From: Naegleria gruberi
Lineage: Eukaryota
DNA length: 64,000 bases
Assembly (NCBI GenBank): GCA_000004985.1
Contig: GG738845.1
Direction: 5' to 3' (one strand)
Shown here: piece by piece, positions 46,012-56,642 of the stretch
Layout of the letters: the number at the start of each line of letters is the position of its first letter
Position numbering within the stretch: the first letter of the stretch is position 1
Made by a program: the position numbers and the translations under genes
The notes under the pieces: generated by a model
Told to the model about the DNA's origin: nothing
Database searches by the model: none
What the model saw: the letters and a program-made list of their open reading frames with translations, nothing else

Positions 46012-48246
46012 ATGGATTTTGATCATCAAACAACAACATCTTCCTATTCGACACAGAATCCATCAGTCGTGCCCTCTTCATCTCTTATATCCTCTCCCAA
46101 AACAAAGGATAGTGATTCTCCTTCTGAACTTAATCAGTACGCTAAACAAAAGCTAAACGAATTGTATCTATATTGGATTGGTAAGAAGGAATCACAACAC
46201 CTCATGTTTGAATACATGGAGTCTTTTAATGAATCCATTTCATCACCATTAATGCAATCTCCGAGTAACTCCCCAAATGTTAGCATGATGGATTTGTCAT
46301 CGTCAAGCCAACTATCTTCAAGATCCCAGAATTCTACAATGGATTTTAAACTTAGTGAAGCAAGCTCCTCATCTTCAATGCCTTTAACTCAAATGAAATC
46401 CGACGTACAATATTTAGGAAGTGAAAATAATAGATTTTCATCATCGGATCCAATGATCCAACAACAACCAACTCTTAAAACATCTCCCTCCAAACTTTCC
46501 AACAATTCAAAGATGTCCTCCCCTAAAATGTTTTCCTCCCCAAACAGATCTTCAAAATCACAAGTAATAGTAGATGAAGTAGATTTTTCAATGCAACACA
46601 AACTCTCACATAACGAACCTAGCCATCATTCTCATCATCATTCCCATCCACCTCCTATCAATCCACAAAATGAAACCATGTTTACTACTGTTCTGACAGA
46701 TCAACCCGGAAGTATAGTGTCTATTTCAAACTCCCTTCAAAACATCACTCCTCATTACTTTTCTAATTTATCTACAGGTTCATCTACTCCTCCTAAATCT
46801 CCAATCCACTCCCCAACACGGTCCTCTAAACCAACCAATCTTGATGTGGAAATTGCACATCACCCTTCTATTAACAGTATCAGAAAAAAGTTGAACTTTT
46901 CAGATGACTTGGAAGATAATACTCAAATCAAAACAGGAATTTTACAAAGAAAACTTCAAGAGCTTCAAAACGTAGCAATTAACTATGAAAGCCAAAAGAA
47001 GAAGATGAAAATGAGTGTAGATGATGCTTCATTCTCAAAAATTCCAAGGTTTTACTTTCCTAACGAAAAGATTACAACCACCTCCAAAATTAAGGAGGAT
47101 TTCATCAAGATTAAGCAATTCTTCCTAGGATATCCAACCGGTGTTACTTTGGAGCAATTTGGAAAATTGATAACCGATATTTGTGACTTTCCATCATTTT
47201 TTAGATTTCATTTATTTTCTAGAATAGATGAATTTGGGATGGGAGTTGTAACATGTGAAATGTTTGAAGATTATTGGAAACAAAATATGCAATTTGATAA
47301 CGAGAGCTATAGATATTTTAATGTAATCAAACAGAAAAATAATGACTTTATTGTTCCATCTGATTTCAAGTTACTTTTGAGAGAAATATTGGCCAATCAT
47401 CCTGGATTAAGATTTTTAGAACAAGCTCCTCAATTTCAAGAGAAATATGCAGAGACAGTGATTATTAGAATTTTCTATGGACTTTCCAAATCTTCATCGA
47501 TTGGGAAAATATATCTGAGAGAGTTCAAAAATAGTAATCTTGTAGAAACCTTTAAATTATTAGACAAGGAGCAAGATACCAATAATGAGATTAATTACTT
47601 TGCATACGAGCATTTTTATGTTCTTTTCTGCAAGTTCTGGGAATTGGATACAGACAGAGATGGTATGCTCTCTAAAGATGACTTATTAATTTATGGAGAT
47701 AGCTGTTTAACAGAGTTTATTATTGATAGAATTATGAGTGGATTTGGTAAAAAGCTAACTGGTAAAAACCCAAACATGATGTCATACGAAGATTTTGTGT
47801 GGTTTTGCCTCTCTGAAGAAGATAAAACTACACCAGTTGCTCAAGAATACTGGTTTAGATGTGTAGATATTGATGGAGATGGAGTATTGAGCCTCTACGA
47901 GTTGGAGCAAGTATTTTCAGAACAAAAAGAACGTATCAAACAATATGATCCAGAAATTTCTTTCAGCGACATCCATTGCCAAATAATAGATATGTTAAAA
48001 CCAAAGAATAGAGATGTGATTACATTAGCTGACATTAAGAAATCAAAAATGTCACCAATATTCTTCAATATTTTGTTCAATCTTACAAAATTCTTTGTAT
48101 TTGAACAAAGAGGAACTTTTGGCACCAACAATGTTTGGGCCATCTATGCTAAAGAAGAATATCAAAGATTAATAAGTGAAGACGAAGAAGACCAACAAGA
48201 AATGGTTGATGAAGAGTTGGAAGCCGAAGATGTTGTTATCAACTAG
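46012..48246 (+). CDS. Protein phosphatase 2A regulatory subunit B'' (PR72/PR130 family, EF-hand)
   Basis: The C-terminal half matches the B'' core: HFYVLFCKFWELDTDRDGMLSKDDL...YWFRCVDIDGDGVLSLYELEQVF...VFEQRGTF. The N-terminal ~350 aa is S/P/H-rich low complexity. Confidence 0.7.
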   Translation: MDFDHQTTTSSYSTQNPSVVPSSSLISSPKTKDSDSPSELNQYAKQKLNELYLYWIGKKESQHLMFEYMESFNESISSPLMQSPSNSPNVSMMDLSSSSQLSSRSQNSTMDFKLSEASSSSSMPLTQMKSDVQYLGSENNRFSSSDPMIQQQPTLKTSPSKLSNNSKMSSPKMFSSPNRSSKSQVIVDEVDFSMQHKLSHNEPSHHSHHHSHPPPINPQNETMFTTVLTDQPGSIVSISNSLQNITPHYFSNLSTGSSTPPKSPIHSPTRSSKPTNLDVEIAHHPSINSIRKKLNFSDDLEDNTQIKTGILQRKLQELQNVAINYESQKKKMKMSVDDASFSKIPRFYFPNEKITTTSKIKEDFIKIKQFFLGYPTGVTLEQFGKLITDICDFPSFFRFHLFSRIDEFGMGVVTCEMFEDYWKQNMQFDNESYRYFNVIKQKNNDFIVPSDFKLLLREILANHPGLRFLEQAPQFQEKYAETVIIRIFYGLSKSSSIGKIYLREFKNSNLVETFKLLDKEQDTNNEINYFAYEHFYVLFCKFWELDTDRDGMLSKDDLLIYGDSCLTEFIIDRIMSGFGKKLTGKNPNMMSYEDFVWFCLSEEDKTTPVAQEYWFRCVDIDGDGVLSLYELEQVFSEQKERIKQYDPEISFSDIHCQIIDMLKPKNRDVITLADIKKSKMSPIFFNILFNLTKFFVFEQRGTFGTNNVWAIYAKEEYQRLISEDEEDQQEMVDEELEAEDVVIN

Positions 48247-48474
48247 CAGCATTATCACAAAAATAAACTTCTATCAAATTCATTTCAGTCATTCACAAAA
48301 AAGCTCCTAAATTATATCAAATTATGATTTATAAAGTATTCCGAAAGCCAAAATCTCTTCCATTATTTGATTCTCTCTTCCACCATACAATGCACAACAA
48401 ATAACAGATATTATTATCATCTTTGTGATTCCTCTCTAATATTTAAATCGTATCAATAATTTCAAAATTAATAA

Positions 48475-48810
48475 TTAATTGGTGAAACAATTCTTTTGCA
48501 TTGCCTCTCTCAACATGGTTGGATTATTACCAATAAAACGGTCCACAACTTTACCATCCTTGAGAAAGATAAAACTTGGCATTTGATTCACATGATATTT
48601 ATCAGCAAGTTCATCATGATGATCCACATTAACTTTAACAACATTGATACAGTGTTGATATTGGGTTGCCAATTGTTCAACAGTCGGAGCGATTTGTCGG
48701 CAAGGACTGCACCAATTTGCATAGAAATCTGCCATCACCACTTTGGCGGCAGTACTGCTGGAGGAGAGAACTTGATTGAATTCTTGTGGTGAATGAATGT
48801 GTTGAGCCAT
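48475..48810 (-). CDS. trx: Thioredoxin (active-site variant WCSPC)
   Basis: A 111-aa ORF with the motif FYANWCSPCRQIAP. Confidence 0.75.
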   Translation of the reverse strand: MAQHIHSPQEFNQVLSSSSTAAKVVMADFYANWCSPCRQIAPTVEQLATQYQHCINVVKVNVDHHDELADKYHVNQMPSFIFLKDGKVVDRFIGNNPTMLREAMQKNCFTN

Positions 48811-49096
48811 TTTTTGTTAATATTATTTTTAAATATTATTACAACGCTGTAGTTGTCATTTAGTAATTTTAGATAACACTATTTTCCTTAATGCTCTTCA
48901 TTCTTTCAAGAAAAAGAATATTAATAAGAACTGTTGCTCTCTGTTACTGGTGCCCTCAATAAAAAGTTAATTCTCCCTCACTTGTTATCTTCGTAATCAA
49001 AAAAACCGGCTTCCGAAGGATGTTACCCAATGACTTTTTGTGATTTCCTTCAAACAATCTCAACGGTTAGAAACATAATCTCGGTTCTGATTTGTG

Positions 49097-49110
49097 AATT
49101 GGCGCCAAAA
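49097..49110. promoter_or_regulatory. Palindromic E2F-like site AATTGGCGCCAAAA in the divergent promoter between the thioredoxin (-) and ELO (+) genes
   Basis: Read directly from the sequence. Confidence 0.45.
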
Positions 49111-49505
49111 TCGCATCATTCTCGCCCATAAAATTTTAAAAAATTAAAAAATTTTGAAAAAAAATTTCCTAGTGTTTTACGAGGTATGTTATGAGTGTTG
49201 TTGTTGGTGCTAACAACAAATTATGCGCTGCGCTTTGTTAAATTGCTCTTCGGCTGGTTCTACATACAAATTATTCATATTATTTTCCAACAACTTGGAT
49301 GACGTGAAATATCCACATGCACTCCATTTTCAATTTTTTTCTCCTTTTGTTTCATGGTATAACATGTGGAACTTCCATGTGTGATTTTAATTGACACTTG
49401 CTGGATGGATACACGTTATCTTTATTTGATGATAACAATATTGCTACGTTGTAAATTATTTTAACAATTGTTAAAATTGCCACGTGTATTTTGGTAAATA
49501 GTACT

Positions 49506-50444
49506 ATGCCTCTCCTTCTCAAAGAACCATTGCTCGCCTTCTATCGTGAGGTTGTTGCTGAACCATCCAAACTCATGGATGTTAACTTCCTTTCCACTTC
49601 ATATCATGAAAAGTTTAGACTTACATTGGACCAAACTTACTTCATGAAGGAATGGACAAACGTTCTCCCAATTTCTTCAGTAATTATCTACTTGTTCATT
49701 GTCTTTGTTTTGCCAAAGATGCTTCCAAAACCAGATAAGAATGCTTCCAGACCAATTTTGAAGACTGTCATGTTCTTGTGGAATATTTTCTTGTGTATTT
49801 TGTCACTTGCCATGTTGTTAGGTACTGCTATCCCATACTTCAACCTCTTGAAGAATGAATACAATTATTCTATGCCAGGTTTGATTTGTGAACAAAAGAA
49901 GGCTGTTGGTGCTGCTGAAGGTTATCCACACATTGTTTGGGCCTACATCTTTGCTCTCTCTAAGTATTTAGAACTCTTCGACACTGTCTTGTTGGTTATC
50001 AAGCATCCAGACCGTAAAGTTCCATTCTTGCACTGGTTCCACCACTTGACCGTTTTGTGTTTCACTTGGTATGCTGTTTATACTCAATATGCTGTCGGAT
50101 ATTGTTTCATTATCATGAACTCTCTCATTCACACTTTCATGTACTATTACTATGCTTTGACTGAATTGGGTTTCAGACCAAGCTGGAATTTCCTCTTGAC
50201 TATTGGACAAATTTCTCAAATGATTTTGGGTATTGTCTGTAACGTCATCTTTGCCATGAAGTGGTTCGAAAATAAGGAAAAGGGACTCTCAATCGATGAA
50301 AATTGTACTTGTTATGCTCCTTATGAAATTATGCTCAGCTGCGTTCTTATGTACGGTTCATACTTGTATTTGTTCGTTGACTTCTTCGTTAGAAAGTACT
50401 TTGGATCAAGCAAGCCAGTTGTTGCCAAGCCTAAGTCAGAATAA
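49506..50444 (+). CDS. elo: ELO-family fatty-acid elongase
   Basis: The ATG is at 49506; the track start is an upstream TTG. It has multiple TM helices, the KxxExxDT box (KYLELFDT) and the HxxHH box (LHWFHH). Confidence 0.8.
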   Translation: MPLLLKEPLLAFYREVVAEPSKLMDVNFLSTSYHEKFRLTLDQTYFMKEWTNVLPISSVIIYLFIVFVLPKMLPKPDKNASRPILKTVMFLWNIFLCILSLAMLLGTAIPYFNLLKNEYNYSMPGLICEQKKAVGAAEGYPHIVWAYIFALSKYLELFDTVLLVIKHPDRKVPFLHWFHHLTVLCFTWYAVYTQYAVGYCFIIMNSLIHTFMYYYYALTELGFRPSWNFLLTIGQISQMILGIVCNVIFAMKWFENKEKGLSIDENCTCYAPYEIMLSCVLMYGSYLYLFVDFFVRKYFGSSKPVVAKPKSE

Positions 50445-50808
50445 TTCTTTTCAACCAAACTATTTGAGTTTAAAAACTAAATAAATTTTGTAATTCTCTT
50501 GTAAAGTATGTTTGTAAAGTATGTTCCCCCATTGAAACTTGAAACAAATTTAAATTGCAGCTATTTTGGTAAAATTCACCAAGAAGTTTATTAAGAAAAC
50601 CATTCTAAATAGACTTAAAGTCCAAAAGTCTAGATATAGGACAAGCAGATTCTAAATGATACGGAATGCTAATTTGTTGGATGGCACCTTGCCCAAACAA
50701 AGACTTGTTCCCAATTTGGTCACCCTTAATATTTTTGAATGTTTCAGGAACTGCACTCTTTGTTAGAGACACAATTGAAAAAAAAACAAACTGATTCAGT
50801 GGCGCGTA

Positions 50809-51731
50809 GTGATGGGATCGAACACGTCCATTACACACACAACTCCTACCCTGATGATTGAGAGGAGACATCATTACAAACCAAGAGCAACACCATACCA
50901 CCATTCTGATCATTCTAATGATGGTAGGAGAAGAGAAGGTCGAGCCTCACGTTCATTGAATGGTTCATCTTCGCACAGTCATGATTACTCTACAGCAAAG
51001 GAAGAAGAGGCACTCCCTTAATAATTCTACCGCACAGGATAAGAAACGATATGTACATCGAAGTAATGATGACTTGATCTTTTCAAAGAGGGTTGGTGCT
51101 ACTCTTCATAGAAGTCAAGAAAATTCCTCTAACCAATCCAATGGCTCATTTGGAAAGATTGCAGGTTTTACTCCAGTTGTTGACTTCTCGCCACTTCCAA
51201 AGGTTGAAAGTGAATCAAATTTCATTATTCATCACTCACCGAATCCAAGTACTGCTACCATTCCTCCAGTATCAAAAATTCTAATTCCAACATATACTAA
51301 TTCTCAATGTCATAGATTTAAGACCTCAAATGTCAGATTCTCCATCAAAGCTTCCTCAACTGACTTTTGGAAAGCAAGCAAGAAAGTCGATTGTTGTATC
51401 GGATGCAAGTGGCTTAATTGTATCTTTTATAACAAATGCATTTGACAAATCAAGAGGAAAATCAGAAGATGACGACTTGGTTGTTATCGACCAATCTCTT
51501 TCCTCATCATATCAATCATTACCACCACTCAATGAAAATCTTGGAAATGAGCAAGTTCAAATCATTGTAACTCCACCACCAAGCCTGCCAGATTTGAGCC
51601 ATTTGGGTGTATCTCATTGTAAGTTAAGACTCATGTCTCTTGAAATTTCACAAAAGCGTAAAATGTCCAGAGACAAGAGGGATATTATTTGCTCACCGTC
51701 CAATAAATTCAAACCTATTGTTTTGAGGTAA
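50809..51731 (+). CDS. Possible S/T/N-rich protein gene with unresolved exon structure
   Basis: Three overlapping track ORFs in all three plus frames (50809..51021, 50960..51445, 51330..51731) plus a minus ORF 50605..50913. No canonical intron reconciles the frames: b-to-c would need a 28-nt GT...AG. This could be a frameshift or separate small genes. Confidence 0.2.
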
Positions 51732-51859
51732 ATAAAGTGTAAGCTGACTGCATTAATTACGTACTAACAATGAACAATTAATGTCTAGAGGAATTAATTT
51801 AATAAATACTCTTTCATCCAGTGGACACCAGAATTATTATTTACATTGTTCTATACAGC

Positions 51860-53779
51860 TTAATCGTCGAAATTTGTCATTTCTTCTTCTTCATCCAAGT
51901 TTCGTTCTTCATCAAAGAATTGATCTATCATTGAACCAAGAGTTTTGGAATCATATGAAACGTACTTTGTAACATTCTTACTGAATTCGGTATTTTTGTA
52001 CTTTTCAACAAATTGTGTATATACAGGTATAACTTCTTCACGAGTTTTGTCTCTGAGCTCTTCCTTTAGTTCTATATCCCTGATGCAGTATGTTCTCTGA
52101 ATCATGTAAATAGCTTGGAATAGTTCGTTGAATTTGGAAAATCTCTTCTTAATCTCTTTCTTTGGATACTTTCCATTCTTATCAGGTTTTAACTTTTCTT
52201 GGTCTCTGAAATGTGAAAGAACATCATCCCAGGTAGCTCTTATGTATGAGTTGGTATCATCTTCCTTTAACTTCTTGTATTCTCTTTGTTTGGCTTCAGG
52301 AACATGCTTCTTGATTTTGGCATCTTGTAAATTCTTGAAAATATAATAGTGATTGTTCAGCACGAAAAGAGAAGCAAGACTCTTTTGTTTTGTGCTGTAT
52401 TGCTTTTTCTTTTCATCAATATTATGCTCAACAGCCTCTATCAATTGTAATAAATATTTGGCAAAGTAGGTCTTAATGTCACTATAACCAAACATTCTAT
52501 CAGTGTCGAATCTCTTCTGTTTGAGGATATTCTCAATGGATGGGTATTCAAGTAGTCTCTTCATGAAGGAGAATGCATTACTTGTAGCTTGATGGACAAC
52601 ACCATCCTCAAATGCTTTGATTTGATTGGTATGAATATTCTTATGAAAATCTGTCAGTAAATCATTAATATTATTCTTGAATGTTTCAGATAAGGTCTTG
52701 AATGCTTGCAAATGTTGAGTGTGAGCCAAAACTTCTTCGAAATTTTTCAAAAGCTTATTCTCAAAGTTTTCCAAAATATCTAGCATGACAAACACCTTTT
52801 CACTAGTTCTATTCTTATCTGCCAAATCTTCTGCTTGTTCTTTGAATATCTTTAAACTTGGAGAAACAACGTCACCATAAATTTGATTCTTTTGGTAGTC
52901 AACACTGACAACTTTCAGTGCAATCTTTCTTTCAGATTCCAACAGTTTCAAGTAAAAGTTCATGTAAAATATGAATGGATGAGAACCCTTCTTGTAGTAT
53001 TTCTGACTAAGAATCATATCATCATCCTTCTTTTTCAATTGTTTGATAGCATTCAAATTTGTTGGAACTTGCAATGCTTTATCCTTCTTTTCTGGTATAA
53101 GTACATTAAGAGCTGTTGTAATGCACTTGGATCTGTATTGAATGTATGTTCTTCTATAATCAATTTTACTGTAAAATTCCAATTTTTGAGCAATTGTAGA
53201 TAATTGATCAATCTTCTCCGAAGGAATTAAATCATAAGTTAAATCAAAATCATCCCTTTCCAAATCTTCCTTTCTATATCTGAAAGGGTCATTAGCTGGT
53301 GCTTTGGCACTAACAGTTTGAAGAATGTTAGAAAATTCGGCTTCCAATATTTGAACTGATTTTTGTCTCAACGAAAGACATTTGTCTTTTAATTTATCAG
53401 CACCTTTATAATTACTATGTTTTGAGAAGAAGGTAATAGTTTCATCATTTTGTTTGACAACTCCGAGAAAGCCTTCCAAATCATTAGCAATTCCTTTTTC
53501 AATCCTCTTTTCGAACATTTGTGGTCTATTATACTTTTCCAGAGTAAGATCCACACTTTTAATTGTAGAATCAATATTATCATGAGCCATCTTTAAAACA
53601 TCAATTCTATCATTCATGCTCGTCATTTCCTGCTCCAATTTTGAAAATCGATTTTCAAATCGATCTAGAATAGATACAATCTGATCCTTGATTTGAGAGC
53701 TTTTATTTAAACTCTCCTCCAACACTTTCAAATTCTTTTCAAAATGTTGAAAGGTTTTTGTAGGTATCGGGTTTTGCAT
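51860..53779 (-). CDS. exo70: Exocyst complex component Exo70
   Basis: A 639-aa ORF. The C-terminal Exo70 signature is LASLFVLNNHYYIFKNL...KKEIKKRFSKFNELFQAIYMIQRTYCIRDIELKEELRDKTREEVIPVYTQFVEKY. Confidence 0.75.
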   Translation of the reverse strand: MQNPIPTKTFQHFEKNLKVLEESLNKSSQIKDQIVSILDRFENRFSKLEQEMTSMNDRIDVLKMAHDNIDSTIKSVDLTLEKYNRPQMFEKRIEKGIANDLEGFLGVVKQNDETITFFSKHSNYKGADKLKDKCLSLRQKSVQILEAEFSNILQTVSAKAPANDPFRYRKEDLERDDFDLTYDLIPSEKIDQLSTIAQKLEFYSKIDYRRTYIQYRSKCITTALNVLIPEKKDKALQVPTNLNAIKQLKKKDDDMILSQKYYKKGSHPFIFYMNFYLKLLESERKIALKVVSVDYQKNQIYGDVVSPSLKIFKEQAEDLADKNRTSEKVFVMLDILENFENKLLKNFEEVLAHTQHLQAFKTLSETFKNNINDLLTDFHKNIHTNQIKAFEDGVVHQATSNAFSFMKRLLEYPSIENILKQKRFDTDRMFGYSDIKTYFAKYLLQLIEAVEHNIDEKKKQYSTKQKSLASLFVLNNHYYIFKNLQDAKIKKHVPEAKQREYKKLKEDDTNSYIRATWDDVLSHFRDQEKLKPDKNGKYPKKEIKKRFSKFNELFQAIYMIQRTYCIRDIELKEELRDKTREEVIPVYTQFVEKYKNTEFSKNVTKYVSYDSKTLGSMIDQFFDEERNLDEEEEMTNFDD

Positions 53780-53934
53780 TTTTTTTTGATAATAAATTAT
53801 CCACTCACAACAACAATTTAAATTTATTATTAAAAAAACGTGATTTGAAAGAAGAATGGAATTCGTTAGAAGTTTTCAACAACAAAAATAACATTTTAAT
53901 AAAAGTGACTTGTATTTTTAATTATTTTAAAGTA

Positions 53935-53946
53935 TTTTGGCGCCAG
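53935..53946. promoter_or_regulatory. E2F-like site TTTTGGCGCCAG in the 183-nt divergent promoter between the Exo70 (-) and Tctex (+) genes
   Basis: Read directly from the sequence. Confidence 0.45.
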
Positions 53947-53962
53947 TATTAACTACAAAAAA

Positions 53963-54301
53963 ATGTCAATGCACAACGAGAAGGATTTAGCCTTGGATAA
54001 GGAAAAGATTCAAAGAATAGTGAAGGATGCTGTTGAAAGTGTTATACAACATGATACGCCCTATGATCATTCTAAAGTGACTCACTGGGTTAATAATATT
54101 ATTGATAAAACAATGAAGGCAACAACAGGTCTTTCAAAGCCATTCAAATATATTGTTACTTGTGTGATTGTACAAAATAACGGAGCTGGTTTCCATACGG
54201 CATCATCTTGTTATTGGGAAACAACTGACGACAGTTATATTGACAAGTTTGAAGGACAGAATTTGTATTGTATAACCAGTGTTTATTGGATAAGTCTCTA
54301 A
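53963..54301 (+). CDS. Tctex-type dynein light chain (DYNLT)
   Basis: A 112-aa ORF with KPFKYIVTCVIVQNNGAGFHTASSCYWETTDDSYI...NLYCITSVYWIS. Confidence 0.75.
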   Translation: MSMHNEKDLALDKEKIQRIVKDAVESVIQHDTPYDHSKVTHWVNNIIDKTMKATTGLSKPFKYIVTCVIVQNNGAGFHTASSCYWETTDDSYIDKFEGQNLYCITSVYWISL

Positions 54302-55107
54302 GATGATTTATTTTGGATAGTATTATTATTATTATTTGTTTCATCATGATTTGATGGTGATTTTTCATTGATTTCATTATTCAATAGTACTTTTGAATCC
54401 TGCTGAGAAATGAGCTCAGCCTTTTGTAAATCCTCTTTCAGTAATTGATCATCATCTTTAATCACTGCAATATCATGCATTTCTTCTCTAAACTTTTTAA
54501 TTCCACTCGCAACATTTTTAACTTGATCCATCCATTGATCCTTATTAAACATTTGATTTGTTCCTAATAAATCAGATAATTCCTTCCTCTTTTTAAATGA
54601 TTCAATATCTCTTCCCATTCCTTCATTATATCCAATCATAAATTGCCTTATACATGTTTGAACGAGCATAAATCTAGATCTAACAATATGTTGAAATTTT
54701 GTTTGGAATTTTTCCCAATCATGTAATGAATTTGTAAATTGTTTTTCGGGTTCTTGTTGATTTTCTTTTTTATCATTTCTTGGAATGACCATTGATTCTC
54801 CAACTTCTTCCCTATATTGACTATCCCAACTTTCATTATTCTTTTTAAACATATTAACATAGTACATGACTCCATCTTTAATTTCCGTAAAGGTATCCAC
54901 AAGAGTATCACGAATTATTTTAGGTTGAGCAGAGAGTGGTATTTTCTTAGGTTCTGGTTCACCTGGATCATTCGGAATACCAGCAGAATGTTCATGTTTA
55001 ATATCTTCCCATCTCCATTTAACTTCAAATTTAATCTTATCCCAATGTTGTCGGAGAGGAATTGATCTTAATTTATCAACCGTTTGTTTAATTCTTTGTG
55101 GATTCAT
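54298..55107 (-). CDS. Hypothetical charged/acidic protein (~270 aa)
   Basis: Track ORF 54298..55149; the more plausible ATG (MNPQRIKQTV) is at 55107. I recognise no family. Confidence 0.4.
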   Translation of the reverse strand: MNPQRIKQTVDKLRSIPLRQHWDKIKFEVKWRWEDIKHEHSAGIPNDPGEPEPKKIPLSAQPKIIRDTLVDTFTEIKDGVMYYVNMFKKNNESWDSQYREEVGESMVIPRNDKKENQQEPEKQFTNSLHDWEKFQTKFQHIVRSRFMLVQTCIRQFMIGYNEGMGRDIESFKKRKELSDLLGTNQMFNKDQWMDQVKNVASGIKKFREEMHDIAVIKDDDQLLKEDLQKAELISQQDSKVLLNNEINEKSPSNHDETNNNNNTIQNKSS

Positions 55108-55320
55108 TTTTTTAATTATTAATAATAAAATCAATAATTTATTATTCAATTAATTGAACAATTTATTGAGAACACTAATTTTGCAATAAATCCACCTTGA
55201 GTAGTGGTAGTAGAACATCTGAAAAGATATTTCAATTTCACACCAATTTTATCTTTCCGTAATTGTAAACTGTAAACAAACTTTTTATAGAATCTTCATC
55301 ATCATCAATTTATTAAAAAA

Positions 55321-56418
55321 ATGAGTGGATGGTGGGGCGTAGGAGCTCAGTCTTCAATTGATTCAGCCGTTTCTTTGTCTAATCAACAAAAGAAACAAAA
55401 TATCACCTCTCCGAACGGCATTCGTGGATCTAAATCTAACTTGCAATCTGGTGATGTAGAAATTAATGAATTAAAAATTAATTCCATTGAAGATTTGAGT
55501 ACATTTATTCAACAATTTGCTGCTAGTATTCATAATATGGAAAGAAATGTAAAGCACTTGTTGAGAAATTACGAATCATCTAATGGTAAGAATGGTAAAT
55601 CCGCTCTTGATACTCTGAATAATAATAAGGATTCCGAGAGGTTGAGATCCAAAATTAAAGTTTCAAAGGATAAAATTCAAAAGAGTAGAGATGCCATTCA
55701 AAAGGGCTTACTTCGTTTCTCTAAAAAGAAGATGGAATCATCATCCGGTTATGATTTAGGTAGTGATACTGATTCTGTTGCTGGTGGTTTGGATTCCTCA
55801 ATTGGAGGCGTTTCATCAGCACAAAAAGTACAATTTAACAAGTTACAATCTCAGTTTAAGGAATTATGTAAACAATATGAAAAATGTATTCAAGACTATC
55901 GTGATAGTGAAAAGAGTATGAAGAGATCTCAATTGTTTAAATATGGTGATGATGATTTAGATGCCATGTTTTCCAATAAGAATGGAGATAAATCATCAGC
56001 CAAGAATGGTTCTTCCAACAGAACTAAATCTTCCAGTGCTTCCCGTAATAATGGTGACGAAGAAGAAGATGATGATCTTGGACAGCAAGCTCAAGCCCTC
56101 GAACAAAACAAATTCGTCCTTAGTAGTGCCGATCAAGGAACATTGGACGTTGAGAAACAAATCGCCCTCGAAACTAATAGAGAATTGAAAGACTTGGAAA
56201 CTAACTATTACGAATTGCATCAATGCTTTGTTGATTTGAATGAAATGGTAAAGGAACAAGGAGAAGGAATTGAAGTTATCCAACAAAATGTACAACTAGC
56301 TAACGAATATGTAGAACAAGGTGTGGAAAATATTAAGGTCGCCAAGAGTTTTACTGGTATGGGCTTATTACAAAACATCTTTTCTCCTGGTAATATCATT
56401 AAGAATCTTATTAAGTAA
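55321..56418 (+). CDS. Syntaxin-like Qa-SNARE (no obvious C-terminal TM anchor)
   Basis: The SNARE heptad motif IALETNRELKDLETNYYELHQCFVDLNEMVKEQGEGIEVIQQNVQLANEYVEQGVENIKVAK has a Q in the zero layer. The ORF stops 25 aa later without a hydrophobic tail. Confidence 0.6.
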   Translation: MSGWWGVGAQSSIDSAVSLSNQQKKQNITSPNGIRGSKSNLQSGDVEINELKINSIEDLSTFIQQFAASIHNMERNVKHLLRNYESSNGKNGKSALDTLNNNKDSERLRSKIKVSKDKIQKSRDAIQKGLLRFSKKKMESSSGYDLGSDTDSVAGGLDSSIGGVSSAQKVQFNKLQSQFKELCKQYEKCIQDYRDSEKSMKRSQLFKYGDDDLDAMFSNKNGDKSSAKNGSSNRTKSSSASRNNGDEEEDDDLGQQAQALEQNKFVLSSADQGTLDVEKQIALETNRELKDLETNYYELHQCFVDLNEMVKEQGEGIEVIQQNVQLANEYVEQGVENIKVAKSFTGMGLLQNIFSPGNIIKNLIK

Positions 56419-56642
56419 ATGTAAATTAATTCACTAACTTTAAGATTATTTTAATCAATTTTACTTTTGTAACTGACCTCCAATTAATCGACTAAAGGTT
56501 CTGATCTTTTCTAAGTAATTGATTATATAATTCAACCCAGTTCAAATCTGCTTCCATGTCACTAATTATCATTGTTCAAATTTGAAATAGTTTTACTTTT
56601 AAAGTATTGAATTCAATCAAAAGCTTCTAGAAGGAAGAAAAC

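Noticed and set aside
50790-50832. tRNA-like fragment gtggcgcgtagtgatgggatcgaacacgtccat
   Set aside because: It resembles a T-arm/acceptor 3' half (GGGATCGAAC), but I could not fold a complete cloverleaf with D and anticodon arms. It is probably chance or a degraded remnant.
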